This document shows positions 18,904-29,094 of a DNA stretch of 64,000 nt, in pieces; the first letter of the stretch is position 1; every line of letters begins with the position of its first letter. The translations under genes were made by a program, and so were the position numbers. The notes under the pieces were generated by a model. That model saw only the letters and a program-made list of their open reading frames with translations. It was not told where the DNA came from and made no database searches. Source of the DNA: Chloroflexota bacterium (GTDB lineage: Bacteria > Chloroflexota > UBA11872); NCBI GenBank assembly GCA_022825895.1, contig JAJDVX010000015.1:45121-109120 (forward strand), given 5' to 3'.

Positions 18904-21363
18904 TCAACTTCTGGCAAAGCGTCGCAGCCGCAGCGAGTTGCCGACCACGGAAAGGTCGCTGAAGGCCATCGCGGCGGCGGCCAGCATCGGGCTGAGCTGC
19001 ACCCCCCACACCGGAAACAAGACGCCCGCGGCGACCGGAATCAGCGCCACGTTATAGGCGAAGGCCCAGAAGAGGTTCTGGCGGATCGTGCGCATGGTGG
19101 AGCGGCTGAGGCGGATAGCGGTCACCGCGTCGCGCAGATCGCCGCGCACAAGGGTGATGTCGCCGGCTTCCATGGCGATGTCGGTACCAGAACCCATGGC
19201 GATACCCAGGTCAGCCTGGGCCAGCGCGGGCGCGTCGTTGATGCCGTCGCCGACGACGGCCACGCGATGTCCGGCGGCCTGCAATTCCCGGACGATGGCC
19301 GCCTTGTCCCCGGGGCGCACTTCCGCCCGCACCTCGTCCACCCCGACCTGCCGAGCAATGGCCTGGGCTGGCGCGTTGTGGTCGCCGGTGACCATCAGCA
19401 CGCGCAGACCGAGCTGCCGCAATTGGGTAACGACTCCCCGAGCTTCCGGCCGCGGAACGTCGGCTAGCGCCATCAGGCCAGCCAGTTCACCGTCAATGGC
19501 GGCGTATATGGACGAACGGCCTTGCGCGGCCAACTCGGTACCGCGGTCCAGCGCGGCCTCAACCGACACGCCCGCGTCCGCCAGAAGATCCGCCGTACCC
19601 ACCACGACCTGACGGTTTTCGACCACGGCGCGAACGCCGCCACCGGTTACCGACGCGAACCGGTTGGCCGGCGAAAGCTCAATGCCGCGCTCGATCGCGC
19701 CATGCACGATCGCCTGACCGATGGGATGCTCGGAGTCGCGTTCAGCCGAGCCGACCAAGCGCAGGATTTCCGACTCGGGCTCGCCGTTGAGCGGAATGAC
19801 GTCCGTTATCGCGGGACGGCCGCCGGTGATGGTGCCGGTCTTGTCCAGCACCACGGTATCGATGCGCCCGGCCGTCTCCAGCGCTTCCCCGCTACGCACG
19901 AGGACGCCGAGTTCGGCGCCCTTGCCGACGCCAACCATGATGGCCGTGGGCGTGGCAATGCCCAGCGCACAGGGACAGGCAATGATCAGCACCGTGACCA
20001 TGGCAACCAAAGCGTGGGGAAGCCGCGGGTCGGGACCGACTGCCAGCCACACGCCGAGTGTCAGAAGGCTAGTCACGATCACGGCCGGCACAAAGCGGGC
20101 CGCCACCCAGTCGGCCAGCCGCTGCACCGGCGCCTTGGACGTCTGGGCCCGTTCAACCAGGGCGATGATCTGCGCCAGCATCGAGTCCTGGCCGAGGCGG
20201 GTGGGGCGAACGCGCAGGCTGCCCGTTGTGTTGAGCGTGGCGCCGATCACCTCGTCGCCCGGCCCCTTATCCACCGGAATGCTCTCGCCGGTGATCATCG
20301 ATTCGTCCAGAGCGGAGGCACCCTCGAGCACCCGGCCGTCCACGGGAACCTTCTCGCCGGGGCGCACCACGACCACGTCGTCATTTCGTACGTCGTCCAA
20401 CGCGACTTCGAGGATCTGCCCGTCCCGCTCGACGCGAGCCGTCCTGGCCCGGAGGTCCAACAGCCGCTGGATAGCCGCGGAGACTCGAGCCCGGGCGCCC
20501 ATCTCGAAATAGCGGCCAAGCAGAACCAGTCCGATGATGACGGCCGAGGCCTCGTAGTAGTGGACGTCGGCCCCGGCCACTCCGCTCAGCAGCCCCGGCC
20601 ACACCGTGACAATCAGGCTGTAGCCGTACGCGGCGCTGGTTCCCAGGGCAATGAGCGTGTTCATGTCCGTGCTCGCGCGCCGCGCCGCCAGCCAGGCGCC
20701 GCGGTAGAACGACCAGCCGGACCAGAATTGAACTGGCGTGACGAGGACGAGCACTACCCATGGGTTGCCCAGGATCTCGGGCGCCCACGGGATGAACTCC
20801 ATCGCTCCCCACATCGCCAGTGCCCCAACGCCGAGCGCGAAGGCGGCCTGAATCCCCAGCCAGCGACGTTCGCGGCGGCGACGCTCCTCCAGCCCTCCGT
20901 CGGCGGCGGCCGCGCCAGTGGAGGAATCGTTGGGCGCGTCGGATTCGAGCACGTCGAAGCCGACACGCTCCACGGCCGTCCGCAGCACGCCATGCTCGGC
21001 CTGGCCCAGCGCGTGACGTACGAGGGCCTGGCCGGAAGCCAGGTTCACGGATGCGTCAAGCACGCCAGGAACTCCCACAAGGGCGTTCTCCACCTGGCCC
21101 ACGCACGATGCGCAGTGCATGCCCTCGACCTGGAGCGTGCGCTCGGCGGTGGGCACCTCGTAGCCCTCCGCCTGAACGGCGGCGGCGACATCGGCCGCGC
21201 TGAGGTCTCGATCGGCGCGCACGGCGAGCGTTTCGTCCGCCAGATTGACCGACGCCTCAACGACACCAGGCACTTGCCCGACCACCTGCTCGATCCGACC
21301 GACGCAGGCGACGCAGTGCATTCCCGCGACGGGAAGGGTGAACGACTGCTCCGCGTCGGTCAT
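18904..21363 (-). CDS. copA: copper-translocating P1B-type ATPase with two N-terminal HMA domains
   Basis: Two [12 protein letters not shown] / [12 protein letters not shown] metal-binding domains, TM CPC ([12 protein letters not shown]), [13 protein letters not shown]. 819 aa. Confidence 0.9.
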   Translation of the reverse strand: MTDAEQSFTLPVAGMHCVACVGRIEQVVGQVPGVVEASVNLADETLAVRADRDLSAADVAAAVQAEGYEVPTAERTLQVEGMHCASCVGQVENALVGVPGVLDASVNLASGQALVRHALGQAEHGVLRTAVERVGFDVLESDAPNDSSTGAAAADGGLEERRRRERRWLGIQAAFALGVGALAMWGAMEFIPWAPEILGNPWVVLVLVTPVQFWSGWSFYRGAWLAARRASTDMNTLIALGTSAAYGYSLIVTVWPGLLSGVAGADVHYYEASAVIIGLVLLGRYFEMGARARVSAAIQRLLDLRARTARVERDGQILEVALDDVRNDDVVVVRPGEKVPVDGRVLEGASALDESMITGESIPVDKGPGDEVIGATLNTTGSLRVRPTRLGQDSMLAQIIALVERAQTSKAPVQRLADWVAARFVPAVIVTSLLTLGVWLAVGPDPRLPHALVAMVTVLIIACPCALGIATPTAIMVGVGKGAELGVLVRSGEALETAGRIDTVVLDKTGTITGGRPAITDVIPLNGEPESEILRLVGSAERDSEHPIGQAIVHGAIERGIELSPANRFASVTGGGVRAVVENRQVVVGTADLLADAGVSVEAALDRGTELAAQGRSSIYAAIDGELAGLMALADVPRPEARGVVTQLRQLGLRVLMVTGDHNAPAQAIARQVGVDEVRAEVRPGDKAAIVRELQAAGHRVAVVGDGINDAPALAQADLGIAMGSGTDIAMEAGDITLVRGDLRDAVTAIRLSRSTMRTIRQNLFWAFAYNVALIPVAAGVLFPVWGVQLSPMLAAAAMAFSDLSVVGNSLRLRRFARS

Positions 21364-21734
21364 GACGTCTCACCGTTTCCTCGCGCGTGCGACGAACCTT
21401 CCCGCACGCTCAATGTGGCGGCCACTCGCTCGATGGCCACGCCGGCCGAAGCCACCCGGCGCAGGTGACCCGTCCCCTTGAACACGTCCATGAGTTCCGC
21501 GATCACCCGCTCGCGCTCGGCCGGATCGTCCGAGGCGATGGCGGTGGTAACACAGGTTCTGAGGTGGCGTTCCAGGACTCCGGCGTTGACTTTCTCGATT
21601 GCGCCCTGGATGGCCAGGGTCTGCTTGAGCACGTCCACGCAGTAGGCATCATCTTCGAGCATCTTCTCGACCGCCCGGGCGTGGCCCTGGATCGACTTCC
21701 AGCGGTTGAGGAGGTTCTGAGTTTCCCGATCCAT
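21360..21734 (-). CDS. csoR: CsoR/RcnR family copper-sensing transcriptional repressor
   Basis: [19 protein letters not shown] core (Cys/His metal ligands). Stop TGA overlaps copA ATG, so csoR-copA form an operon. Confidence 0.85.
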   Translation of the reverse strand: MDRETQNLLNRWKSIQGHARAVEKMLEDDAYCVDVLKQTLAIQGAIEKVNAGVLERHLRTCVTTAIASDDPAERERVIAELMDVFKGTGHLRRVASAGVAIERVAATLSVREGSSHARGNGETS

Positions 21735-21764
21735 CGTGTGTCTCCGAGGCGGCCAATCCCTCCT

Positions 21765-21787
21765 TACCCCACCCCCGGTGGGGTGGT
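21765..21787. promoter_or_regulatory. candidate CsoR operator (GC-rich pseudo-palindrome)
   Basis: taCCCCACCCCcggtGGGGTGGt lies 31-53 nt upstream of the csoR start. Closely resembles the M. tuberculosis CsoR operator GTAGCCCACCCCCAGTGGGGTGGGATAC (from memory). Confidence 0.55.
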
Positions 21788-21897
21788 CTTTTCGATCCTA
21801 CGACTCATCCCGGCCAAGTCAAACATCGGCCCCTGTCTTCGCGAGAGCTCTCCTCGCGCTATGTTTCAGGCCCACCACAACGTCAGGAGTCACCTCG

Positions 21898-22839
21898 ATG
21901 GAGTACCGGCGCCTGGGCCGAACGGATTTGCGCGTGTCACTCGCCAGCCTGGGGACGGGCGGCCCCAGCAAGATGGGACAGAATCGCGGCGCCACCCTGG
22001 ACGACGCCCGTCGCCTGGTCCGGCGGGCGCTGGACCACGGGATCAATTTCTTCGACACGGCGGCCAGCTACGGCGACAGCGAGCTTCTGCTTGGGCACGG
22101 GCTGGCCGGTGTGCCGCGCGACGACTTCGTCGTGGCCACGAAATACAGCCCGCTTGCCGACAACGAGTTGAAGAGTCCCGAGGGCGTGCAGGCGTCGATC
22201 GACAGCAGCCTGGAGCGCCTGGGCCTGGATTACATCGACGTAATCCAGGTGCATGGCCTGATGCCTGATCGGTACGACGCGGTCATCGAGCAGCACCTGC
22301 CGGTACTGATTGAAGCTCAGCGCGCCGGCAAGGTCGGTTTCCTCGGCGTGACCGAGCAGGCGCATGACGACGTCCACCACGAGACGTTCAAGCGGATGGC
22401 CGCCGACGGGCACTTCGACGCCTTCATGGTCGGCTACAACCTGCTGCACCAGACGGCCGAGCAGGACGTGCTGGATGCGGCCGAAGCCGCCGACATTGGC
22501 TTGATCGTGATGATCGCCGTGCGCCGCGCGCTGGGTAACCCAGAGCGCCTGCGCGAAGTCATTGCCGAACTCAAGGCGGAAGGGCACCTGGCGGCCGACG
22601 CGCTGCCTGACGACAACCCGTTGGGCTGGTTGGTGCACGGCGACGTGGAGTCGGTGCCGGAGGCGGCTTATCGATTCGTCCTGGAGCCGAGCGCCATCTC
22701 AACAGTGTTGACCGGCACCGCCAACCCCGACCACCTGGATGCCAATGTGGCTTCCATGGCCCGGGGGCCGCTGCCGCCTGAGGACCGGGCGCGGTTACGG
22801 TCGATCTTCGGCAGCCTGGCGCTGGGGCTGGGGAACTAG
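21898..22839 (+). CDS. aldo/keto reductase
   Basis: Start re-picked to MEYRRLGRTDLRVSLASLGTGG (ATG 21898, AGGAG RBS). GINFFDTAASYG, VVATKYS motifs. Confidence 0.85.
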   Translation: MEYRRLGRTDLRVSLASLGTGGPSKMGQNRGATLDDARRLVRRALDHGINFFDTAASYGDSELLLGHGLAGVPRDDFVVATKYSPLADNELKSPEGVQASIDSSLERLGLDYIDVIQVHGLMPDRYDAVIEQHLPVLIEAQRAGKVGFLGVTEQAHDDVHHETFKRMAADGHFDAFMVGYNLLHQTAEQDVLDAAEAADIGLIVMIAVRRALGNPERLREVIAELKAEGHLAADALPDDNPLGWLVHGDVESVPEAAYRFVLEPSAISTVLTGTANPDHLDANVASMARGPLPPEDRARLRSIFGSLALGLGN

Positions 22840-22861
22840 GCCCACAGCCTGATCCGCAGGC

Positions 22862-23854
22862 TCAGTCGATGGCGCCGGTGGCCCGCATGACGGTTTCCTG
22901 CACAACGCGCTCGTGTTCGAGCGATCGTTCCGGCGCCTGCTCGCCGCGCAGCGTGCGGACAAACGCCTCCAGGCTGGCCACATAGCGCGGCCGGGCCTCC
23001 AGCGTCATCGTCTGCTCGCCTTCCCGGAAACCATCGCGCGCGCTGTCCAGCGACAGCCGGACGGTCTGGGCCGGTTCCATGGGCTCCATGATGGCCCAGC
23101 CGCGCGATCCGTAGACCTCATAGCGGCGCGGCCGAGTCGGAACTTCAAGCCCGGCAATATCGACAATCGCCAGCGCACCGGGGTACTCCAGGACAGCCAC
23201 GCCGTTGTCCACGAACCCGCTCTCGGGCCGGACCCGCTGCATGAACGGCGTCACCCGGTCGGGCCGTCCCAGCGTCCAGACGACCTGGTCCAGCACGTGG
23301 CCGCACAGGTCGTAGAACACACCGCCGGCAAAGCTGGCCAGCAGTGAGTGCGTGGACGGCTCGACGTACGTGGACATGTGGGCGCGGATGGCGAATATGT
23401 CGCCCAACATCCCGCTTCGGGCCCAATTGGCAATGCGCTGATAGCCGTCGTGGTGGCGGAACATGTAGCCGAGCTGGATGTAGAGGTCCTGCTCGGCGGC
23501 TGATTCCAGCGCGCGTTCCCAGCGGGGCAGATCGTGCCCGGCCGGCTTGTCCAGCAGCAGGTGGCGGCCGGCCGCGATCACAGCCTCACCCTGTTGCAGG
23601 TTCTCCGAGTTGTCGCCCTCGGCCGCAACGGCATCGATGCTGTCGTCGCCGAGCACGGCGCTCAGATCATTCAGCCACGTCGCCTGATTCCAGGGCGCCT
23701 GGCCGCTGGCTTGGAGCTCAAGCCGGCGGTCGACGTCATCTTCATAAAGACCCACCACATCGACGTCCGGGTTGTCCAGCATCACGCTCAGCCAGCCGGC
23801 CGCATGCGGATGCTTGGTGCCCCACTGCACGAGTCGCAGAGGTGAAGCAGTCAT
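22862..23854 (-). CDS. Gfo/Idh/MocA family oxidoreductase
   Basis: N-terminal Rossmann LVQWGTKHPHAAGW...VVGLYEDD, EKP-like LLDKPAGHD. Confidence 0.8.
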   Translation of the reverse strand: MTASPLRLVQWGTKHPHAAGWLSVMLDNPDVDVVGLYEDDVDRRLELQASGQAPWNQATWLNDLSAVLGDDSIDAVAAEGDNSENLQQGEAVIAAGRHLLLDKPAGHDLPRWERALESAAEQDLYIQLGYMFRHHDGYQRIANWARSGMLGDIFAIRAHMSTYVEPSTHSLLASFAGGVFYDLCGHVLDQVVWTLGRPDRVTPFMQRVRPESGFVDNGVAVLEYPGALAIVDIAGLEVPTRPRRYEVYGSRGWAIMEPMEPAQTVRLSLDSARDGFREGEQTMTLEARPRYVASLEAFVRTLRGEQAPERSLEHERVVQETVMRATGAID

Positions 23855-23969
23855 GCTGTCAGGCTCCCCCCGAAGAGCAGATGCAATTTCACCGACAGCC
23901 TAACGCTCACGGCATCAGCCTTCATGCAGGTCGAAAGGGGTCGCAATACGCGACCGGCGCCGCAGGACG

Positions 23970-25235
23970 TCAGGACTCGTAGAGGATTCGACGCACGTCT
24001 TCAATCCGACCGTCGGCGGTGTATCGCCAGACCCCGAGGTGACCTCGGCGCAGGTCGCCATTGGTGTCCCACGCCAGCGGGCCGGAGGCGCCGTTGAAGA
24101 CGATCTCTCCGCCATCAGCCAGCGCCGCCAGCGCGCGGGCCACCCCGTCCGGACCGGTTTCGATGGACTCCCCCGGTGCAGAGCCAACGGCGCGCAGATG
24201 ATCGCGAATGACTGCGCCGTTGGTGCTATTGCCGGCCTGCGCCGCCAGGGCCAGGGCAATGGTGGCGTCATAGACCTCCCGGGCAAAGCTGCCGATCGGA
24301 GGCTCGCCGTAGGCCTCGACAAACGAGGCCTCCCACGCCGGCGCGAGTTCGCCCGGTGCGGACGATCCAATGCCGTAGGTATCGGCCAGCGCGTCCGCGC
24401 CGATGGCATTGACCAGGTCGAGGTTTCGCAGCGCACTGCCCCACACAAAACGCTCGTAAACGCCAAGCGCCAGCGCCTCACGGACCGCCAACACCGCTTC
24501 GTCCGGAAATAGCATGACGACCAGCGCCTCCGCACCGCCGACAGCGGACTCCCGCACGGCGTCGGCTATGTCAGTCTGGCCAATCTCAACGGCGACTGAC
24601 TTGAGCGAACCTTCCCAGGCTTGCGCAAACGTCTCAGCCAGTCCCTGGCCCCAGAGGTCGTCGCGGTAGAGCACACCAACGTTTTGGAATCCACGCTCAC
24701 GGGTCAATTGCGCCAGTGCCGGTCCGTACGCCCGTTGGGACAACGTGAGGCGGAAGAAGAAGTCATTGTCATCAGCCTCGGTCAGACGAGATGTGCCCGC
24801 GGCCGGACTGATGAAGGGAATCCCGGACGGCCCGGCTACGCGCTCAGCCACTGGAAACGAGTTGGCGCTGGAGCTGGGGCCCACGACTCCGTGCACACCT
24901 TCGTCTTCAATAAGGCGGCGCGCCTCGGCCACCGCCGTGTCTGGATCCAGTTTGGTGTCAGCCACCACGGCTTCGACCGGTCGCCCGAAGACACCTCCAG
25001 CCTGGTTCACGTGGGAAATAGCCAGGTGGAACGCGCGCTGTCGATCCTGGGCGTTCTGCGCGGAACCCTCGCTGATGTAGGTCAGCAGGCCGAGTTTCAG
25101 CGGTTCGGCCGGCGCTGCTTCGCCGCAAGAGTTGAGACCGGCCAAGAGAAGAGCCAACACCAGCACCCTTGCCACCACGGAGGACGCACGCGGGACTGCG
25201 CTGACGAACGGAGTCACGCCGCCCACGGGGTCCAT
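23970..25235 (-). CDS. ABC transporter substrate-binding lipoprotein, type I PBP (Leu/Ile/Val-binding-like)
   Basis: Signal + lipobox (LLAGLNSCG), ANF-receptor/LivK-like fold (HGVVGPSSSANSFP). No cognate permease adjacent. Confidence 0.7.
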   Translation of the reverse strand: MDPVGGVTPFVSAVPRASSVVARVLVLALLLAGLNSCGEAAPAEPLKLGLLTYISEGSAQNAQDRQRAFHLAISHVNQAGGVFGRPVEAVVADTKLDPDTAVAEARRLIEDEGVHGVVGPSSSANSFPVAERVAGPSGIPFISPAAGTSRLTEADDNDFFFRLTLSQRAYGPALAQLTRERGFQNVGVLYRDDLWGQGLAETFAQAWEGSLKSVAVEIGQTDIADAVRESAVGGAEALVVMLFPDEAVLAVREALALGVYERFVWGSALRNLDLVNAIGADALADTYGIGSSAPGELAPAWEASFVEAYGEPPIGSFAREVYDATIALALAAQAGNSTNGAVIRDHLRAVGSAPGESIETGPDGVARALAALADGGEIVFNGASGPLAWDTNGDLRRGHLGVWRYTADGRIEDVRRILYES

Positions 25236-25274
25236 ACCGGCTTGCCCATCGTCTGATCCGATGGCATTGCGCAG

Positions 25275-26162
25275 CTAGAACAGCTTGCGCCCGGGCACAT
25301 TCACTTGCGTTCGATACAGCGATGTGCCGGCATTGATGAATAAGCTGCGCAGGTCGGCGTCGCCCCAGGTGAAGTTGGCAACGCCCTGCGGGACGTAAAT
25401 GACGCCCAGGCAGGTCGCGTCCGGCGCGAACACCTGTACGCCGCCCGGGCCGGAAGTGTACAGGTTGCCCTCGCTGTCGATCTTCATGCCGTCCGCCAGC
25501 CCCTCGCGGTCGCCAGACAGTTCAGCCCAGACGCGGCCGCTGGTCAGCCCACCGTCGGCATCAACGTCGAACACACGGATGTGCCCGCGCATGGTGTCGT
25601 TGATGAACAGCTGCTGCTCGTCCAGCGAGAACGTGAGCCCGTTGGGCTGGTCGAAGTCGTCAACCAGCAATCGGAGCGCGCCGCTCTCGGGATCGAGCCG
25701 GTACACGCCGCGGAAATCAAGCTCCGCGTCACGGGCCACCCCGTAGTACTCCATGCGACCGAACGACGGATCGCTGAAGTAGATCGAGCCGTCACTCTTC
25801 ACGATCACGTCGTTGGGGCTGTTGAGTTCCTTGCCGTCGTAGTGGGTGGCCAGAACAGTGATGGATCCGCTGTGCTCCGTGCGCGTGACGCGGCTGGTGG
25901 CGTGTTCGCAGGTGACCAGCCGTCCCTGTAGGTCATACGTGTTGCCATTCGCCATGTTGCTGGGCTGTCGGAAGACCTCAATCCCGCCCGAAGCTGTCCA
26001 TTTGCGCATGATGTTGCCGGGCATGTCGCTGAAGATCAGGCAACCCTCAACGTGGTTCCAGACCGCGCCCTCAGTGAATTCGAATCCGCCGGCCAGTTCC
26101 TCAACCGGAGCGTCGTAGCCAACCACCTGCCGGAAACGCTCGTCGCGAATCTCAACGTTCAT
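25275..26162 (-). CDS. SMP-30/gluconolactonase/LRE family protein
   Basis: 295 aa; six-bladed propeller motifs (EGAVWN, NSPNDVIVKSDGSIYFSD, NGL). Confidence 0.8.
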   Translation of the reverse strand: MNVEIRDERFRQVVGYDAPVEELAGGFEFTEGAVWNHVEGCLIFSDMPGNIMRKWTASGGIEVFRQPSNMANGNTYDLQGRLVTCEHATSRVTRTEHSGSITVLATHYDGKELNSPNDVIVKSDGSIYFSDPSFGRMEYYGVARDAELDFRGVYRLDPESGALRLLVDDFDQPNGLTFSLDEQQLFINDTMRGHIRVFDVDADGGLTSGRVWAELSGDREGLADGMKIDSEGNLYTSGPGGVQVFAPDATCLGVIYVPQGVANFTWGDADLRSLFINAGTSLYRTQVNVPGRKLF

Positions 26163-26238
26163 GACCGTCCCCTATTCAGGGTTCTGCACAAGCTGCCTTG
26201 CCGCCGGAATGCCATTGTGACGCTCAGGACAGTCCCAT

Positions 26239-26955
26239 TCATGGACCGACCCGTGATGGCAGACATTCCAGGCGATCAAGCCATGCATCGAAATGTGGAC
26301 ATGCGACGCGGATGGCGTTCAAGCCGATGGCCTGCGCCGCTTGCGTGCCTGAGAGGGGCTTCTGGTAGCCGGCGACGAGGCGTTCAATGCGTTTAGAGGG
26401 CGCAGTCTGGGGTGAGTCGTCGATTTCTTCCGGGTTGTCGAACTGGTCCCGAATTGCCTGAAGGTCGGAGGCAAGGTTGGGCCGCCCAATCGTGTCAGCG
26501 AATCGGTGGCAGTCGCTGAAGAGCATGGCTTCAAACTCGTGCATCATCAAGTACGGAACGAACCGATCAGGATTGAAGCTGCGGCCCATAAGTTGGCGGA
26601 CGTCGTCCAGCAACTCAGCCTCGACAGTTCTCGCCCGTTCGGGCAATGGTCGCTGCTGCGCTTGAGTCCGGCCGGGCCATCCTGATGGCAGGCCGTAGTA
26701 GTCCACCATGGTCGTAACGAAGCATCCAGGATCGCCCTGTAGGTTGTTCAAGATTTCCTTCCGCACAGTCGACCAGGGCTTTACACCGCCACGACGGGTA
26801 CGTTGGCGGGCATTTCCTAGCAGACGAGCGCTGATGTCGGTAAAGCTGTGGCCATATAGGTGCGGCGCCAGCACCTGGTTGACAAAGGACTCTTCGGTCT
26901 GACCCTCGACGTGGACGCGCAGTCGGATCGCAGGTCGCCTTCCACGTCTACTCAT
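26239..26955 (-). CDS. DUF4276-like protein (putative TOPRIM-like nuclease partner of upstream ATPase)
   Basis: ATG at 26953-26955 overlaps the ATPase stop by 8 nt (ATGAGTAG). N-terminal IRLRVHVEGQTEESF (TOPRIM-like Glu), later acidic TTMVDYYG and HEFEAMLFSD. GC lower than genome. Confidence 0.6.
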   Translation of the reverse strand: MSRRGRRPAIRLRVHVEGQTEESFVNQVLAPHLYGHSFTDISARLLGNARQRTRRGGVKPWSTVRKEILNNLQGDPGCFVTTMVDYYGLPSGWPGRTQAQQRPLPERARTVEAELLDDVRQLMGRSFNPDRFVPYLMMHEFEAMLFSDCHRFADTIGRPNLASDLQAIRDQFDNPEEIDDSPQTAPSKRIERLVAGYQKPLSGTQAAQAIGLNAIRVACPHFDAWLDRLECLPSRVGP

Positions 26956-28129
26956 GGGCGGGACGACCGCCCAATTCGTTCTTCTCCCAGAGCTGGCCCA
27001 GGCTGTAGTCCTCCAGCCACTCCGCGAGTCTCTCCGCGTCGAGCCGAGAGAATTGCGTTTCCCCATTTACCCGGTCAGCCACCAGCACGTCGTCGGGGTC
27101 GAAATGATCCAGCAGGATTGGGGACTGAGTGGCGAGAATGATCTGCGTGTCGACCGACGCCTGTTTCACCAGCGAGGCCAGCAGAGTGATGGCGAACGGA
27201 TGCAGGCCAAGTTCTGGCTCGTCTAGAAGGATTACAGACGGTCGCAGGTGGACCGGCTGCGAGAGAAGGGTCGCCAAGGCGACGAAACGCAGAGTTCCGT
27301 CGGAGAAGGCCGCGGCGTCGAAATAGGCGTCGGACCCTCGATGTCGCCATTCCAGACGGATCTTGTCCTGGTTCAGCGCGAGCGGCTTGAGCTGGAAGTC
27401 CTCAAAGAAGGGCGCGGCCAATCGGACGGCGCCTTGGATTTGGGCGTACTCGTTCCGGTTCTTGAGCTGCAGCCGGAACAGGAAGGCCGCGAGGTTGGCA
27501 CCATTGGGTCGCAGAAACTGGTTGTCATGCAGATCGACAGTCCGCTTGATCGGCGAACTGGAGCCGGTGTCGTGAAAGTGGTAGATGCGACAGTTCTCAA
27601 GTTGGTCATTCACGTTCTGAACAGGCGTGCTGACCGACGGATCGCTGATTCCAGCTTCAAGATTCTGGCCTAGAGGCAACATTCCTTGCTTGGGACCGAT
27701 CTCGAATAGAGTTCTGGGACTCTCGCCGGACCTTGACATTAAGCTCACGGTGCTCGGCTCGGATCTCGCTTGATCCCAAAAGGAGACCGTCTCTTTCCTC
27801 GGGTAGAGTCCGTCGGCATCTGTCGGAGCCAAAACAATCTCGTACTCACTTTGCTCTTGGCCGGAATCACCCCTAAATGCAACGTGAATCTCTAATCTCG
27901 CCGTCACCTTCGCCCCGAAGTGCAGAGCCCGATCGGCCCCGCCTATGCGACTTACGTAGTCTTGAAGCCTCTCCGCACGGATTGCCTGAAGAAACCCGAA
28001 CACTTCGATGAAGTTGGACTTGCCCGACCCGTTGGCGCCGATGAGCACGTTGATAGGACGCAGGCACAGCTTCTCAAGATGCCTAATGCTCTTGAATCCT
28101 TGGACGCTGATGTGTTCGATTGCTGGCAT
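26948..28129 (-). CDS. ABC/AAA_21-type ATPase (SMC-like, OLD/abortive-infection ATPase family)
   Basis: Walker A GANGSGKSN, signature/Walker B region ILLDEPELGLHP, D-loop; 393 aa. GC ~55% vs ~67% background. Confidence 0.8.
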   Translation of the reverse strand: MPAIEHISVQGFKSIRHLEKLCLRPINVLIGANGSGKSNFIEVFGFLQAIRAERLQDYVSRIGGADRALHFGAKVTARLEIHVAFRGDSGQEQSEYEIVLAPTDADGLYPRKETVSFWDQARSEPSTVSLMSRSGESPRTLFEIGPKQGMLPLGQNLEAGISDPSVSTPVQNVNDQLENCRIYHFHDTGSSSPIKRTVDLHDNQFLRPNGANLAAFLFRLQLKNRNEYAQIQGAVRLAAPFFEDFQLKPLALNQDKIRLEWRHRGSDAYFDAAAFSDGTLRFVALATLLSQPVHLRPSVILLDEPELGLHPFAITLLASLVKQASVDTQIILATQSPILLDHFDPDDVLVADRVNGETQFSRLDAERLAEWLEDYSLGQLWEKNELGGRPAHE

Positions 28130-28209
28130 GCCGGCCCCCGTCAGTCGCTCAGCCTACCGCTCGCCCAGAGGCGAGGATGACGAGTGGGCGCCCATCTCCA
28201 GCCCGGTCG

Positions 28210-29091
28210 TCAGCCGGGAGAGTCGTCTGGCGAGATCACCGGCAGCGCTTCGTTCATGGCGCCGGAGCGGAAGCCCTGCAAGTCCAGCGTGACGTAGGTA
28301 AAGCCAATCGACTTCATGCCGTCGATAATGCGCTGCCGGCGCTCGGAGTCCTGGGTGAATCGAGCCAGTTCGGATTCGGGAACTTCGATGCGGGCAATCG
28401 AACCGTGGTGGCGGACGCGCAGTTCGCGGAAGCCCTCGGCGCGCAGCAGGGCCTCGCCGGCTTCGATCTGTCCAAGCTTCTCCACGGTGACCTCGATGCC
28501 GTAGGCAACGCGTGACGACAGGCAGGCTACCGCCGGCTTGTCCCAGCTGGGCAGGCCGAGACGGCGCGAGAGCTCACGGACCTCGGCCTTGCGCAGGCCG
28601 GCTTCGACCAGCGGCGCGCGAGCGCCGCGCTCGCGGCTGGCGGCCATGCCGGGGCGGAAGTCGCCCAGGTCGTCCACCACGGGCCCATACAGCATGTGCT
28701 GCACCTCACGCTCGGCCACGAACTCGCGCAGGCGGTCAAAGAGCTCGGCCTTGCAGTGGAAGCAGCGGGAACTGTCGTTGGCCCGGTAGTCCGGGTTTTC
28801 GAGTTCGCGGGTCTCAATGAACTCGTGCCGGATACCGATCTGGGCGGCAAACCGGGCGGCATCGTCGCGCTCCGCTTGAGCCAGGCTGGGCGATACGGCG
28901 GTCACCGCCAGGGCCTCAGCCCCCAGCACGTCGTAGGTCACCTTCGCCAGAAGAGTGCTGTCGACTCCCCCGGAGTAGGCCACGACTGCGCGTTCCAGGC
29001 CACCAATCGTCCGCCTCAGGAACTGCGTCTTGGCCTCGAGCGAGGCCTCAAGGTCTATGGACGGCTGGTAGACGGCGGTGGCCATAGCCAA
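28210..29091 (-). CDS. LarE-like PP-loop ATP pyrophosphatase (TIGR00268 family, ATP-dependent sulfur transferase-like)
   Basis: PP-loop AYSGGVDS, conserved Cys in PAVACLSSRVAYG. Confidence 0.75.
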   Translation of the reverse strand: MAMATAVYQPSIDLEASLEAKTQFLRRTIGGLERAVVAYSGGVDSTLLAKVTYDVLGAEALAVTAVSPSLAQAERDDAARFAAQIGIRHEFIETRELENPDYRANDSSRCFHCKAELFDRLREFVAEREVQHMLYGPVVDDLGDFRPGMAASRERGARAPLVEAGLRKAEVRELSRRLGLPSWDKPAVACLSSRVAYGIEVTVEKLGQIEAGEALLRAEGFRELRVRHHGSIARIEVPESELARFTQDSERRQRIIDGMKSIGFTYVTLDLQGFRSGAMNEALPVISPDDSPG

Positions 29092-29094
29092 ATC

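Noticed and set aside
19522-21468. 648-aa plus-strand ORF
   Set aside because: Antisense shadow of copA in a high-GC gene; Arg/Gly/His/Pro-rich low-complexity product with no motifs. The opposite-strand ORF has full P-type ATPase signatures.
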